64,000 nucleotides of DNA from a bacterium (GTDB lineage: Bacteria > SAR324 > NAC60-12). Made by a program: the position numbers and the translations under genes. Shown one piece after another: positions 9,270-22,500 of the stretch. Numbering within the stretch: the stretch's first letter is position 1; each line of letters begins with the position of its first letter. The notes beneath the pieces are model-generated. The model ran no database searches. It was given only the letters and a program-made list of their open reading frames with translations, and was not told the DNA's origin. The stretch spans positions 2,912,001 to 2,976,000 of the forward strand of contig OZ242383.1 of NCBI GenBank assembly GCA_965209155.1, given 5' to 3'.

Positions 9270-11399
9270 TCAGACAAGTTGTTCTTTCAGAGCTTCCGGT
9301 GTATGAACAGGGAGTCGACATACCATATTCTGACAGACATATGCAGTCGCTTTGCCGTTAAGAGCCACTCGTCCCTTTGCCAGGGGGATGATTTGATTAA
9401 CACGTGACGGGTTACTTCGGTCCACTTCATTTATCGGGACAAAGATAGTGACGAGGTTTGGATAGTAACCCCGTCTCGCCACTTTGAGTAAAGATTCCGT
9501 TTTCTGCTCACCGCGCTCACCCACAATCACCAATTGTTTGGGTTTAATCAATAACCAATGCAAGGCCCAGTGCATGGCGGAAAAACCCACTCCTGCTTCT
9601 TTGAGATAGGGGGCGAATCCATCCAGAATCCGCTGAGCATCCTCCGGATAACTGCCTTGAAGACCATAGGCCGTTAATTTGAGAAATACCAGGGCCGCCG
9701 TGCTATTTCCGGAAGGCTCCACGCCATCGTATCCCTCCATGTTGCGAGTCAGCAGCTTTTCCGCATCTATTCCCACGTCGAAATAGGGTCCGGATTCATT
9801 TTTAAACAAACCATTGATATCATTGACCAATTGGATTGATTTTTCCAGCCATTGCAGTTGATAAGAGTACTCATACAAATCCAAACAAGCAGCTGCCAAT
9901 TGGGCATAATCGCATAAATAGGCAGGAAAACGGGCCTCCCCCTGCCGGAAACGTCGGAGCAATCGATTTTCTGAATTGACCAGGTTTGAAAAAATGAATT
10001 GAGCTGCTTGTGAAGCAACGTCACCATATTGGGGCCGGGCAAATACACGACCTGCCCGGGCAAATTGTGAAATCATCAGCGCGTTCCAGGAAGTGAGAAT
10101 TTTGTCATCACACAAGGGACGTATTCGTTGGTCGCGAAATTTCAGCAACTTATACCGGGCTTTTTCCATTTTTTTTGAAAGCGTCCCTACGGAAATTCCC
10201 AGTTGTTTTGCCACCTCTTCTGCTGAACGAGGACAATGGAGAATATTTTTTCCTTCAAAATTTCCTCCTTTTTTGATTCCTGGACCGGCAACATGCCAAT
10301 ACAAACAGGCCTGCCGGCCTGCATCCGGACCCAGGATTTCGAGAATCTCCTCTGCTTGCCAGACATAAAATTTACCTTCTTCTCCTTCACTATCGGCATC
10401 TTCGGCAGAATAGAATGCACCTTCCGGAGACCGCATATCTCGGAGAATGTAAGACAAGACATCCTCGGCGGCTTCCTGGTAGAACGGGTTACCTGTCACT
10501 TGATAAGCCTCGATGAGGGCGCTGGTAAACAAGGCATTGTCATAAAGCATTTTCTCGAAATGAGGAACAAGCCACTGGTAATCAGTGCTGTAGCGGCTCA
10601 ATCCCCCCCCTAGCTGGTCATAAATGCCGCCATTTTTCATTTTAGTCAGTGTCTTTTCAACCATGGCCAGGCTCAGGGGGTCTGCCGTTCTTCGATAATG
10701 CCTCAGTAACAGCATCAGCCCCATACTGGGCGGGAATTTATTTTGTGGCTGCAAAGTAAAACCACCCTCCTCGGGATCGAAACTTCGTTTATAAGAGTCG
10801 ACTGTCTGATCTTCAGCACTCCAGTCCCAATCAAACGTGGACGGATTAACCACGGCTGCTTGTTTTTGCAAGTGTGTTGTGAGGGATTCTGCTGATTGGT
10901 GAATACGTTCACGCTCGTTTTTCCAAGTACGGGCAATAATTTGCAGGACCCGTCGGAAGCTCGGACGACCATACCTGTTTTCGGGTGGAAAATAAGTTCC
11001 TCCCGTTATCGGTTTTCCATCTGGCGTAACAAACATGTTCAAGGGCCAACCACCTTGCTGATTGAGCGCATGCAGAGCGTCCATGTAGATTTTATCCACG
11101 TCCGGCCGCTCTTCGCGGTCTACTTTGATAGCGACGAAATGTTCGTTCAAATAGGTCGCCAAAGCAGGATCTTCAAAAGATTCCCGTTCCATCACATGAC
11201 ACCAATGACAGGTGGCATACCCGATGCTGACCAACACCGGTTTGTCTTCTTTTTTTGCTTTTTCAAATCCATCCTTCCCCCAAGGATACCAATCTACGGG
11301 GTTATGGGCATGCTGTAGCAAGTAAGGACTTTTTTCGTGGATCAACCGGTTGGTGGCGTCAGATTTCCGGTCCTTGCTCAGTGTGGAAGGATTAACCAT
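9270..11399 (-). CDS. YyaL/SPATA20-like thioredoxin-domain (DUF255) plus six-hairpin glycosidase-like protein
   Basis: [53 protein letters not shown]. Confidence 0.93.
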   Translation of the reverse strand: MVNPSTLSKDRKSDATNRLIHEKSPYLLQHAHNPVDWYPWGKDGFEKAKKEDKPVLVSIGYATCHWCHVMERESFEDPALATYLNEHFVAIKVDREERPDVDKIYMDALHALNQQGGWPLNMFVTPDGKPITGGTYFPPENRYGRPSFRRVLQIIARTWKNERERIHQSAESLTTHLQKQAAVVNPSTFDWDWSAEDQTVDSYKRSFDPEEGGFTLQPQNKFPPSMGLMLLLRHYRRTADPLSLAMVEKTLTKMKNGGIYDQLGGGLSRYSTDYQWLVPHFEKMLYDNALFTSALIEAYQVTGNPFYQEAAEDVLSYILRDMRSPEGAFYSAEDADSEGEEGKFYVWQAEEILEILGPDAGRQACLYWHVAGPGIKKGGNFEGKNILHCPRSAEEVAKQLGISVGTLSKKMEKARYKLLKFRDQRIRPLCDDKILTSWNALMISQFARAGRVFARPQYGDVASQAAQFIFSNLVNSENRLLRRFRQGEARFPAYLCDYAQLAAACLDLYEYSYQLQWLEKSIQLVNDINGLFKNESGPYFDVGIDAEKLLTRNMEGYDGVEPSGNSTAALVFLKLTAYGLQGSYPEDAQRILDGFAPYLKEAGVGFSAMHWALHWLLIKPKQLVIVGERGEQKTESLLKVARRGYYPNLVTIFVPINEVDRSNPSRVNQIIPLAKGRVALNGKATAYVCQNMVCRLPVHTPEALKEQLV

Positions 11400-11564
11400 T
11401 TTCGGTCAACAAAGCGTATGAAATTTACGATACCAATATTGGTTCCAACGTAGCCAATTCCCCACCGAAACATTTGCACTGCCAAACGAAATATTCCGGT
11501 TTTGAGAGGTGCGGCATTGTAACAAAGCGTTCGCTCAATTGCAAAAAAATATTGACATTGCGTT

Positions 11565-14500
11565 TCAGCGCATTTGTTCCCCTGTGCCTTTCAGTTCCTT
11601 GAAAATATTCACTCTCCTGTTTTCATCCGCCAACCGGGGAAGATGAACAATCGCGGGTCGCCGGTTGGAAACGCCGGCTTCCCCGGACGCGGGAGAGTGG
11701 TTCTGCCGGGAAAGGGGCAACCCGGACGCTGTTGACACGTTGAGGGTGAAATTTTCCGGATTGGGGAAAGTAAGTTCCACTTCATCGTCCCCGGATAAAG
11801 AAAGCCACTGTAGTTTATTTTTATAAGCAGGGCTACGAATGACCTGTTGCGCAATTTCTCCCCATACCGGCAAACCTCCCGAAGAGCCTGTCAATCGAAA
11901 GGGAAGCGGCTCTGCGTCCGGATCTTGACGATCCAAACCAATGTAGGTTGAAATCGTATATCCTCCCGACACAGCGACACCATCGTCCTGAATTGCAGGG
12001 AGAAATCCGACATAAGTGGCATTGCTGTAACTATTGGCGGTGCCGGTTTTTCCATATGCAGGTAAACGCAAAGTATAGCGAGAATTGTCAGCGTCTCCGT
12101 CCAGGTCCTGTGTCCAGACGAGGTAAGGTTTGACGCGCCTCCCTGTTCCATGCTCCACCACGTTTCTTAAAATTTCTCGTAAAACATGGCGGGTTTCTTC
12201 GTCCAAAATCCGTTTAGAGACGAGTGTTTCCTGATAAATGAGATTGCCTTTTGAATCCTCGATACGGTCGATCAATTTCCACGTGTTTTGCCACGGTGTT
12301 TCCGCACGGGTCATTATCTGTCCCGAAACAAAACTTTGATACATCAGTGCCAATTCATCCAGCGTCACTTCATTTGATCCCAATGGAAAGGAAAGAACAG
12401 GCCTGAGCTCACTTTGAATTCCCAAAATTTTTGATAGTTTGATCACAGTGTGTAATGCGAGGCTAATACGAAAATCATGATGGTAGTATAATCGTTGTGG
12501 AGCATAAGAATGGAATCGCTTCATCTCTTCCAGGTGCTGTTTCACCAGGTCCCTTGTAGTTGTCAGGATGGATAAGCGTATTATTCCTTCAATCCGGATA
12601 TTATCCGGATGAAAGAGGGTCTGTTTCCATTGATTGCCTGATTCTTTTTGTTGATCCGGAAGTCGGATCTCCATCTTCGACTCCAAGACTTGCAGGGTGG
12701 CATAATCCAGAGGTTTCCATTCGGGAGGTAGCGAATTTTCCGAATCTGAAAATGCCAGAATTGGTACTTCGGTTGTTGAATCCCTACCTCCCGACGCACC
12801 ATTCAAGCGTACCCCCTCATCTACAAAGTGATCGGGCGCTGAAGATGAAGCAATACTGCTTTCTATGCCAGACGCTTCGTATTTCTTATCCGGCTGGTAC
12901 ACATAAAATCCTTTAAACAAGAGATCATTCCCCCGAGTATCTTCGTCAGGTGTCGTTGAAGTTGTAGTTTCATCTTCGGCGACAGGTGCTGTGGTCGGGG
13001 TTTCTGTGCCTTCGCCGTCCCAATACGCATCAAGCAATGATAACTTTTCCAATGCCATTTTCGCAATTTTTTCAAATCGTAGAAAATTATGTTCCAGGTG
13101 CTCTCCTTTCAACGTCCTATGGTTCAATTTGTTTCTTTTCCAAGCCTTGTAGGCTTTTTCCCAACCTTGACCATAATGCAGGCGATCCCAGATCTGCGCT
13201 TCTTCTGAAAATTCATCCATTAAAAATTCATTTTTCAAACGTTTTTGCACCACGGCAAATATTCCGGGTAGCATGTGAGCTTCGTTTTCAATGATCCCGT
13301 GGTCGTCACGTAGCCGGTACCCATAATCCCGAAGAGATTCCTCCCGTTTTCGATCCAAACCACTGAAACGAATCAACTGGGTGAATTGCTCCAGGTCCAA
13401 GTGATCCAGCAAATGCGCCAGTAAATAAACGCTGGCCAGATTCTCGGATTTGACTCCTGCCCAGACGATGCTACTGATGGATGCTGGAGGAGTGTGGTCC
13501 GGTCTCGGAAAATAGTACTGACCCTGAAAAGGATAGATTCGACGTTCATTGGGTAAAACGTCCAGTGGATTCCATCCCAATTGCAAGGCTGTCAAGTAAA
13601 CAGGAAGTTTGAAAGTCGACCCGGGTTGTCTCTTTGCCTGTAACGCGCGATTGAAACCATAATTGTGAAACCCCCCAACCATGGCGCGCACTTCTCCTTC
13701 TTGCAAAATGAACACCCCCCCATTCAAACGAGGTTCTTGTTCAATGGCCACGTCCCACTCCCCGTCCGGTCTTTTTTGCAGGGTTGAAACCAGTACGGGA
13801 TCTCCCGGTTTCAATATGGACAGTGCCTTCTGGTAATGAGAAGGAGCGATTTCTTCTCCATCGGTGCCGGACAGGTTAAGAACCTGTTGAACAAAGGAAT
13901 CTAAATTCATGTTTTGCACTACCCCTTGCTCCGCCCCTATTCGAATGGTCACTTTCGGGAGGGAAGACGAAACCTCAGCTTCGACTTTCAGGATGGTTCC
14001 CACATAAAACTTGTTGATCTCGGGTTTGATTTTTTCAGAATGGGGGGGACCGGCAGGAGGAGTGTAGGGGGCAATCAGAAATTCCAATTTCGACAAATGT
14101 CGTTTGAGTGCAAATTCACCAATCCGGGACAAATCCGCATCGAGCGTCGTGTAAATGTTCACTTCTGCTCGACGCAAATCCGAAATCCCTTTTTCCAGTA
14201 ACTTGCTTTTCCAGGGTTCGCTCTCTAATACTTTCAAGGCCGCGTCCATTTGATGGCTTTCTTCAAAACGAAAGTCACCTTGACGAAACGCGACGGGATG
14301 CGCTGTAGCAAGCTCATATTCCCTGGCGGTGATGACGCCTTTGAGGCGCATGTTGTTTAATACGTAATTTCTGCGTCCCGTCGCCTTCTCGATAATCTGT
14401 CCCGACAACTGAGGATCATCAACGCCGAATGGAGTGTAATTGGCAGGTCCTTTCACGGAACCCGCAATGAAAGCGATTTCGGAAAGGTTCAATTCGGAAA

Positions 14501-15113
14501 CTCTCTTGTCGAAATAATAACGCGCAGCAATCGCCAATCCTTGTCCGGTGCCATGTACGTGAAAAAGGTTAGTGTAAAACTCCAGAATCTGATCTTTGGA
14601 ATAACGGGTTTCCAGGCGAAAGGCATCTAAAGTTTCCAGGACTTTTTCCTTCCATTTACCCCATTCATCCGTTGCTTTGTGATTGAATAGAATTTCTGCC
14701 GTTTGCTGGCTCAGGGTGCTTCCTCCCTGGACCACCTTTCGCGCCTTCAGATTAGCAATTGCCGCTCTTAAAATACTTAAAGGAGAGATACCGATATGAT
14801 TATAAAAATTTTGATCTTCACTGGCAACTATCGCTTTGAGAAACAGAAGGGGAATTGTACTGACCGGATGCATACTGGTGCTCAAGGGGTCCGGCATGAG
14901 AAGGTATTCGCGATGGGCTTCACTATAGAGGGCACCCAGCTTCGTTTTACCATCCCGGTAATATACCGTCGATTCGGTGAGGACTGATTGCTTAATCCTT
15001 TGTTCGTCGAGATGATCTCCGGGGGCTACGAAGATCAGATTTACCAGAAAGGCGGAACTTCCCAGGAAGAAAAAGGTCAATATAAGGACAAAAAAGAAAA
15101 AAAACTGTTTCAC
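11565..15113 (-). CDS. Class A penicillin-binding protein (transglycosylase/transpeptidase), unusually long
   Basis: N-terminal TM segment, GT51 motifs EDQNFYNHIG and GGSTLSQQ, transpeptidase SxxK (STFK), SxN (SEN), KTGT. Confidence 0.9.
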   Translation of the reverse strand: MKQFFFFFVLILTFFFLGSSAFLVNLIFVAPGDHLDEQRIKQSVLTESTVYYRDGKTKLGALYSEAHREYLLMPDPLSTSMHPVSTIPLLFLKAIVASEDQNFYNHIGISPLSILRAAIANLKARKVVQGGSTLSQQTAEILFNHKATDEWGKWKEKVLETLDAFRLETRYSKDQILEFYTNLFHVHGTGQGLAIAARYYFDKRVSELNLSEIAFIAGSVKGPANYTPFGVDDPQLSGQIIEKATGRRNYVLNNMRLKGVITAREYELATAHPVAFRQGDFRFEESHQMDAALKVLESEPWKSKLLEKGISDLRRAEVNIYTTLDADLSRIGEFALKRHLSKLEFLIAPYTPPAGPPHSEKIKPEINKFYVGTILKVEAEVSSSLPKVTIRIGAEQGVVQNMNLDSFVQQVLNLSGTDGEEIAPSHYQKALSILKPGDPVLVSTLQKRPDGEWDVAIEQEPRLNGGVFILQEGEVRAMVGGFHNYGFNRALQAKRQPGSTFKLPVYLTALQLGWNPLDVLPNERRIYPFQGQYYFPRPDHTPPASISSIVWAGVKSENLASVYLLAHLLDHLDLEQFTQLIRFSGLDRKREESLRDYGYRLRDDHGIIENEAHMLPGIFAVVQKRLKNEFLMDEFSEEAQIWDRLHYGQGWEKAYKAWKRNKLNHRTLKGEHLEHNFLRFEKIAKMALEKLSLLDAYWDGEGTETPTTAPVAEDETTTSTTPDEDTRGNDLLFKGFYVYQPDKKYEASGIESSIASSSAPDHFVDEGVRLNGASGGRDSTTEVPILAFSDSENSLPPEWKPLDYATLQVLESKMEIRLPDQQKESGNQWKQTLFHPDNIRIEGIIRLSILTTTRDLVKQHLEEMKRFHSYAPQRLYYHHDFRISLALHTVIKLSKILGIQSELRPVLSFPLGSNEVTLDELALMYQSFVSGQIMTRAETPWQNTWKLIDRIEDSKGNLIYQETLVSKRILDEETRHVLREILRNVVEHGTGRRVKPYLVWTQDLDGDADNSRYTLRLPAYGKTGTANSYSNATYVGFLPAIQDDGVAVSGGYTISTYIGLDRQDPDAEPLPFRLTGSSGGLPVWGEIAQQVIRSPAYKNKLQWLSLSGDDEVELTFPNPENFTLNVSTASGLPLSRQNHSPASGEAGVSNRRPAIVHLPRLADENRRVNIFKELKGTGEQMR

Positions 15114-15778
15114 ATCCTGTTCTTGTAGTGTTTATAGATTTTTTTAGCCGTTACCTGACAGAGTATCTTTTCGGGTAAAACAACCGCAGTCAATCGATTG
15201 CCGTAAACGCATCCCGTATCCAAACCAATCGCATTGCTCCGTAGTACCAACCCCCGCTGAGCCCAATGTCCAAAGACAACCAGTTTGGAACGATCATACA
15301 ATTCAAACCAGGAGGGGTGAGCAGGATTGTTCAAATCCTTTCCCTCTCCATCCCACGTGCGAATACGGCACAAGATCGAAATCGGGGTCTCCGAAGGGTG
15401 TTGGGCGGGAACCAGGCCTCCATGAACCACTAAAAATTGTTCTGCTTCGATATAGCCGGGCAAGCGGCCAAGCCACTCCCGCCACCTGTTCAGATGCCCT
15501 CCCATTTGCTCTTTTAACTGTTCAAAGCCCAGGGAAAAAGGGGCACCCTCCTTTAAATATTTCAAAAACTTCCATTCATGATTACCCATTACGACTTCTG
15601 CCGACAACGAATCAGCTTTTTGCAAAACTTCGAAGGAGTGTGGACCTTTGTTGATCAGATCTCCTGTAAAAATTAAGCGATCCTCCCCCGGGCGATGGCC
15701 GACCTTGTCGAGTAAGGCTTCCAGTTCCTCCAAACATCCGTGTACATCTCCAATAATTATTGTCCTGGAACTATTCAT
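15110..15778 (-). CDS. Metallophosphoesterase, ApaH/PrpA-like
   Basis: GDVHG, GDLINKG, GNHE, VHGG, FGHW, LDTGCVYG motifs. Confidence 0.9.
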   Translation of the reverse strand: MNSSRTIIIGDVHGCLEELEALLDKVGHRPGEDRLIFTGDLINKGPHSFEVLQKADSLSAEVVMGNHEWKFLKYLKEGAPFSLGFEQLKEQMGGHLNRWREWLGRLPGYIEAEQFLVVHGGLVPAQHPSETPISILCRIRTWDGEGKDLNNPAHPSWFELYDRSKLVVFGHWAQRGLVLRSNAIGLDTGCVYGNRLTAVVLPEKILCQVTAKKIYKHYKNRM

Positions 15779-15819
15779 TGCCTGACCAAAACCTGGGAAA
15801 ATATCGTAAAGAAAAGGTA

Positions 15820-16059
15820 TCAGCGAAGTTTTTTCCACCAATTCAATACCAATGCTTTTTCTCTTTCCCGGAAGGCCAGCTCCTCAATTTTTCCTTCTTT
15901 CCTTCCTTGTCGGAGATAATGCAATTTGACCAGCCATTCCTTTTGACTGTCACAAACGCTCCATCCCTGACTTTTTTGACGAACCAATTGATCATACTCT
16001 GCAGATTCAATTTCGATAGGGTAATCTTTCGCATTCGGAGTGAGTGAAATCATCGGCAT
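15820..16059 (-). CDS. Small hypothetical protein
   Basis: Protein-like 79-aa ORF heading the leftward gene run; no family recognised. Confidence 0.6.
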   Translation of the reverse strand: MPMISLTPNAKDYPIEIESAEYDQLVRQKSQGWSVCDSQKEWLVKLHYLRQGRKEGKIEELAFREREKALVLNWWKKLR

Positions 16060-16110
16060 GCTTAATGAATTGACATTGTTTTTTGAATTGTTTGAAATGG
16101 CGTCGAATAA

Positions 16111-16195
16111 AGGCGCAGAGGGACAAAGGCGCAAAGAAGCATTTGCAGAAATTAAAACATACTTTGCGCCTCAGTACCTTCGCTCCTTTGCGCCT
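16111..16195. repeat. Intergenic palindromic element (AGGCGCA(G/A)AG x2 / CTTTGCGCCT x2)
   Basis: Two direct copies at 16111 and 16127 and two inverted copies at 16162 and 16186, between divergent genes. Confidence 0.7.
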
Positions 16196-16230
16196 CTTCT
16201 CCCTATGGTTTTTCATATTAAAATAAGTGA

Positions 16231-18309
<2,079 letters not shown>

Positions 18310-18333
18310 ATAAAAGACATTGAAGCGAGTCAC

Positions 18334-19509
18334 ATGAGTAAAAAACGTATCGTGATAAAAGTGGGGACCAACGTCTTGCAAAGCAGGAAGGGTAAATTGG
18401 ACTACAATTTAATCCGGGACCTCGCCGAGCAAATTGCTTCCCTTCTGGATGAAAACTACGAAATCCTGTTTGTCAGTTCCGGAGCAGTCGGTGCCGGTCA
18501 GGAATTGCATCCAACGTTGAGGACTCAGATCCAGGGGCGCGGGGGTCGAGGCCCCCGCATCGGAAACCAATCGTTTTCCGACCCGGCTTCCCACCCGATG
18601 AGTCAAAAGATGCCGTGGGGAAAAGACTCGATTTTGCGAGAGCAAATGATGGCGGCAGTGGGTCAAGTACGTTTGATGCAGATCTATTCTGATTTTTTTC
18701 TGGAGCATCAAATCGTGATTGCCCAGGTGCTGGTAACCCGTTCTGATTTTGGCAATCGCACTGCCTGGTTGAATATCCGTAACACGCTGGAAGGGCTGTT
18801 GAAAATCAGGGTGCTTCCCATTATCAATGAAAACGACGTGGTGGCCACGGAAGAATTGGCTCCTCAATTTGGTGACAACGATCAACTCGCCGTCTTTGTC
18901 TCTGCGCTGATCAGTGCCGACACTTTGTTTTACCTGACCAATACCTCGGGTTTGCTCCGGGGTTCTGATCTGATTGAAACCGTGACGGAAGTCAACGACG
19001 AGATCTTGAGTTATTGCGACACCACCATCGCAACTGGAGCAAAAGGTGGGATGTTGAGCAAGGTCAAGGCAGCGGGAATGGCAATGTCGTTTGGTATAGA
19101 TACCTACATTCTTTCAGGAAAATCTTACAACGCAGTTTCTCGAATATTAGCCGGAGAATGCATCGGCACTCATTTTGTCTCCCAGGGTAAAAAAGTCAGA
19201 AGCTACCGGAAATGGCTGGCGACGGGGGTGATGGGAAATGGTCGCCTGACGATCGATGCGGGGGCTGAAAATGCTTTGCAAAATAAAAAAAGCTTATTGG
19301 CAGCCGGCGTCACCGAGATTTCCGGAAATTTTCAAACCAAGGACCTGGTCACCATTTATAACCAGTCTGACGTTAAAATAGGGGTGGGACGGATCAATCT
19401 TTCTTCAGAAGAACTGAAACAACGAATGCTCGAACAACCCCCATCTCGCTCCTTGACCGTAATTCACCGGGATCACCTGGTGTTGGTTGATCCATCCCTT
19501 TCTTCCTGA
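18334..19509 (+). CDS. proB: Glutamate 5-kinase with PUA domain and an in-frame palindromic insertion
   Basis: IVIKVGT, VSSGAVGAG, AAVGQ, PIINEND, FGDNDQL, GGMLSK; C-terminal PUA. Confidence 0.95.
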   Translation: MSKKRIVIKVGTNVLQSRKGKLDYNLIRDLAEQIASLLDENYEILFVSSGAVGAGQELHPTLRTQIQGRGGRGPRIGNQSFSDPASHPMSQKMPWGKDSILREQMMAAVGQVRLMQIYSDFFLEHQIVIAQVLVTRSDFGNRTAWLNIRNTLEGLLKIRVLPIINENDVVATEELAPQFGDNDQLAVFVSALISADTLFYLTNTSGLLRGSDLIETVTEVNDEILSYCDTTIATGAKGGMLSKVKAAGMAMSFGIDTYILSGKSYNAVSRILAGECIGTHFVSQGKKVRSYRKWLATGVMGNGRLTIDAGAENALQNKKSLLAAGVTEISGNFQTKDLVTIYNQSDVKIGVGRINLSSEELKQRMLEQPPSRSLTVIHRDHLVLVDPSLSS

Positions 19510-19536
19510 GATCACCCAGCCATTTTTACTATTTTC

Positions 19537-22500
19537 ATGAAAAAAAATACCAGAGAAATAGTCATTGTGGGGGCCAATGAACACAATCTTAAAAATGTCA
19601 ATTTGACTATTCCCCGAGACACCTTGACGGTTTTCACAGGGGTGAGTGGCTCCGGAAAATCTTCCCTGGCATTCGACATCATTTTCAAAGAAGGCCAGCG
19701 TCGTTTCGTCGAGTCTCTTTCTTCCTATGCCCGTCAATTTTTAGGTCAAACGGAGAAACCCAAAGTAGAACATATTGAGGGGCTCAGTCCCACCATTTCG
19801 GTCGACCAGAAAACGGTGAACCGGAATCCACGTTCTACCGTGGGGACCATCACTGAAATCTATGATCATTTCCGACTCCTTTTTGCCCGTCTCGGTACGC
19901 CTCACTGTCCTCGATGCGGGATTGAAATCACTTCTCAAACAGCTGATCAAATCACGGATCATGCATATCTGGAAGCCTTGAATGAGCCTTGTTTGATTTT
20001 GGCCCCCATGATCACGGAACGAAAGGGAGAATACCGCCGCGAACTGGAACAATGGTTTCGAGAAGGCTTCCTCCGGGCACAGATTGACGGAGAAATTCGT
20101 CGTCTGGACGAGGAGATTGCGTTAGCTCGTTATGAAAAGCATTCCATCAACCTGGTAATCGACCGCATGACCCTTACTGCGACAGAAAAAAGCCGGTTCG
20201 TGGAAGGAGTAGAACGGGCATTGCATCTCACGGAAGGATTAGTCATCGTACATTACAAGAACAAAGATCATCTATTCAGTCAACTGATGGCCTGTCCCCG
20301 GTGCCAGGTCGCCATTCCGGAGATGGAGCCCCGCCTTTTTTCTTTCAATGCCCCACAAGGGGCTTGCTTCCGTTGTAAAGGTATTGGTTCCATTACCTTT
20401 TTCAAAGAAGACAAATTGTGTGATCCACAGAAAACATTGTTCGATGGCGCCCTCAAGTGCATCACCGAACGGGGCAATATCATGTTTACCCGAATCGACC
20501 AATCCCATTTCAAACAGCTCGTCAAACAATTTCGCATTGACGCATCCCTTCCGTGGGGTCAACTCCCGTCAACGCAACGCAAAATGATCCTGCAGGGAAA
20601 TGCGCCGATTCCCCTGGGTATTTCCAATATATTCCGCCATGGGTCCATATTAGGTAAACGCCTGAGAGTACAAAAACAATGGCCGGGAGTGATTCCAATT
20701 TTAGAATACGTCAATAAATTCGTGAAAAGTTCCCTTGAAAAATTTCAGGATCAACTCACCTGCCCGGAATGTAGCGGTCGTCGCTTGAATCCCACGGCAC
20801 TCGCCGTCCGATTTCGTGGACAGACCATCGAAACCATTTCTTTGATGTCGATTGAAGAAAGTCTGGAATTTTTTGAGTCGCTGCAAATCAATGAAAAAGA
20901 ACGAAAAATCGGTCGGGATATTTTCCGGGAAATCAGAAGCCGGCTCAAATTTCTGAATGACGTGGGAGTGGGTTACCTCAGTCTCAACCGCTCTGCTGCC
21001 ACGCTATCCGGGGGTGAAGGACAGCGCATTCGTTTGGCCTCTCAAGTAGGATCCGGATTACAAGGGGTCCTTTACATTCTCGATGAACCCTCCATCGGCC
21101 TGCATCAAAGCGACAATCAAAAACTGATTCATACCCTCAAATTACTACGCGACCGGGGCAATACGGTTTTAGTCGTCGAGCATGACGAAGAAACCATCAC
21201 CTCAGCCGACCACCTGGTCGATATCGGTCCGGAAGCGGGAAAAAATGGAGGAACCATCACTGCCCAGGGAACTTTGAATTCTTTGATTCAAGCCGCTGAT
21301 TCGATCACAGGACAATTTCTGGCAGGCCATGAAACAATCCCGATCCCTGCCAAACGTCGCTCGCCCAATGGAGCTTGCCTGACCATTCATGAAGCCGCAT
21401 TGAACAATTTACGGAATATCACCGTTAAAATTCCCCTGGGAGTTTTTGTCGCCATAGCCGGAGTTTCCGGTTCTGGTAAATCGTCATTGATCAATGGGAT
21501 CCTGAAAAAAGCCTTGTCCCAACATCTGACTCGGAGGAGGGGTCTAATTGCTGAATTGCCTTTTTCTAAAAAAAAACAATTCAGATCCTTGACACCTCCC
21601 CCAGGTGTCGCCTCGGCTTCAGCTGAGCCGACACCTGAACATGAAAGTGGCGCTGAAGATGAAATTCCGGGAGCTCACGAAAAAATCAGCGGACTGCAAC
21701 AGGTCGATCGAGTGATTGAAATCAATCAATCCCCGATTGGAAGGACCCCCCGCAGTAATCCCGCCACCTATACCAAAGCCTTTGATGAAGTCCGCAAACT
21801 CTTTGCATCCGTTCCCGAATCAAAATCACGGGGGTACAAACCGGGACGTTTTTCCTTCAACGTGAAAGGAGGACGCTGCGAGGATTGCAAAGGTGCAGGC
21901 ATTCAAACCATAGAAATGCAATTTTTAAGCGACGTGCAAATTCCCTGTGATGCCTGCCAGGGAAAGCGATTCAATGCGGAAACATTACAGATTTACTACA
22001 AGGGCAAAACGATTTATGACGTCCTGGAAATGACGGTGATTGAAGCCTTTGATTTTTTTGCCGCCATTCCACCATTAGCACGTATTTTACAGACGCTGAA
22101 AGACGTGGGATTGGTCTATATGCGTTTGGGACAACCCTCGACGACCCTTTCCGGGGGTGAAGCCCAACGGGTGAAACTGGCTGCTGAACTGCGCAAAAAA
22201 TCCACCGGAAAAACCCTTTATATCCTGGATGAACCCACCACCGGCCTTCATTTTCAGGACATCCGCGTCCTGCTGGGTTGTCTCAATCGTTTGATTGACC
22301 AGGGAAACACAGTCATTGTCATTGAACACAACCTGGATGTGCTCAAAGTCGCGGATTATCTCATCGAATTGGGACCCGGAGGTGGTAAACACGGAGGCCG
22401 GGAAATTTGCCACGGCACCCCTGAATCGGTAGCGCGACACCAACATTCGCTTACAGGAAAATTTCTGAAACGGATGTTGAAAAACACTCTTGAACATGGC

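Noticed and set aside
7543..9321. pyrG start at 9321 and LptA-like start at 7601
   Set aside because: They create long overlaps with upstream genes, and for pyrG homology begins at 9216
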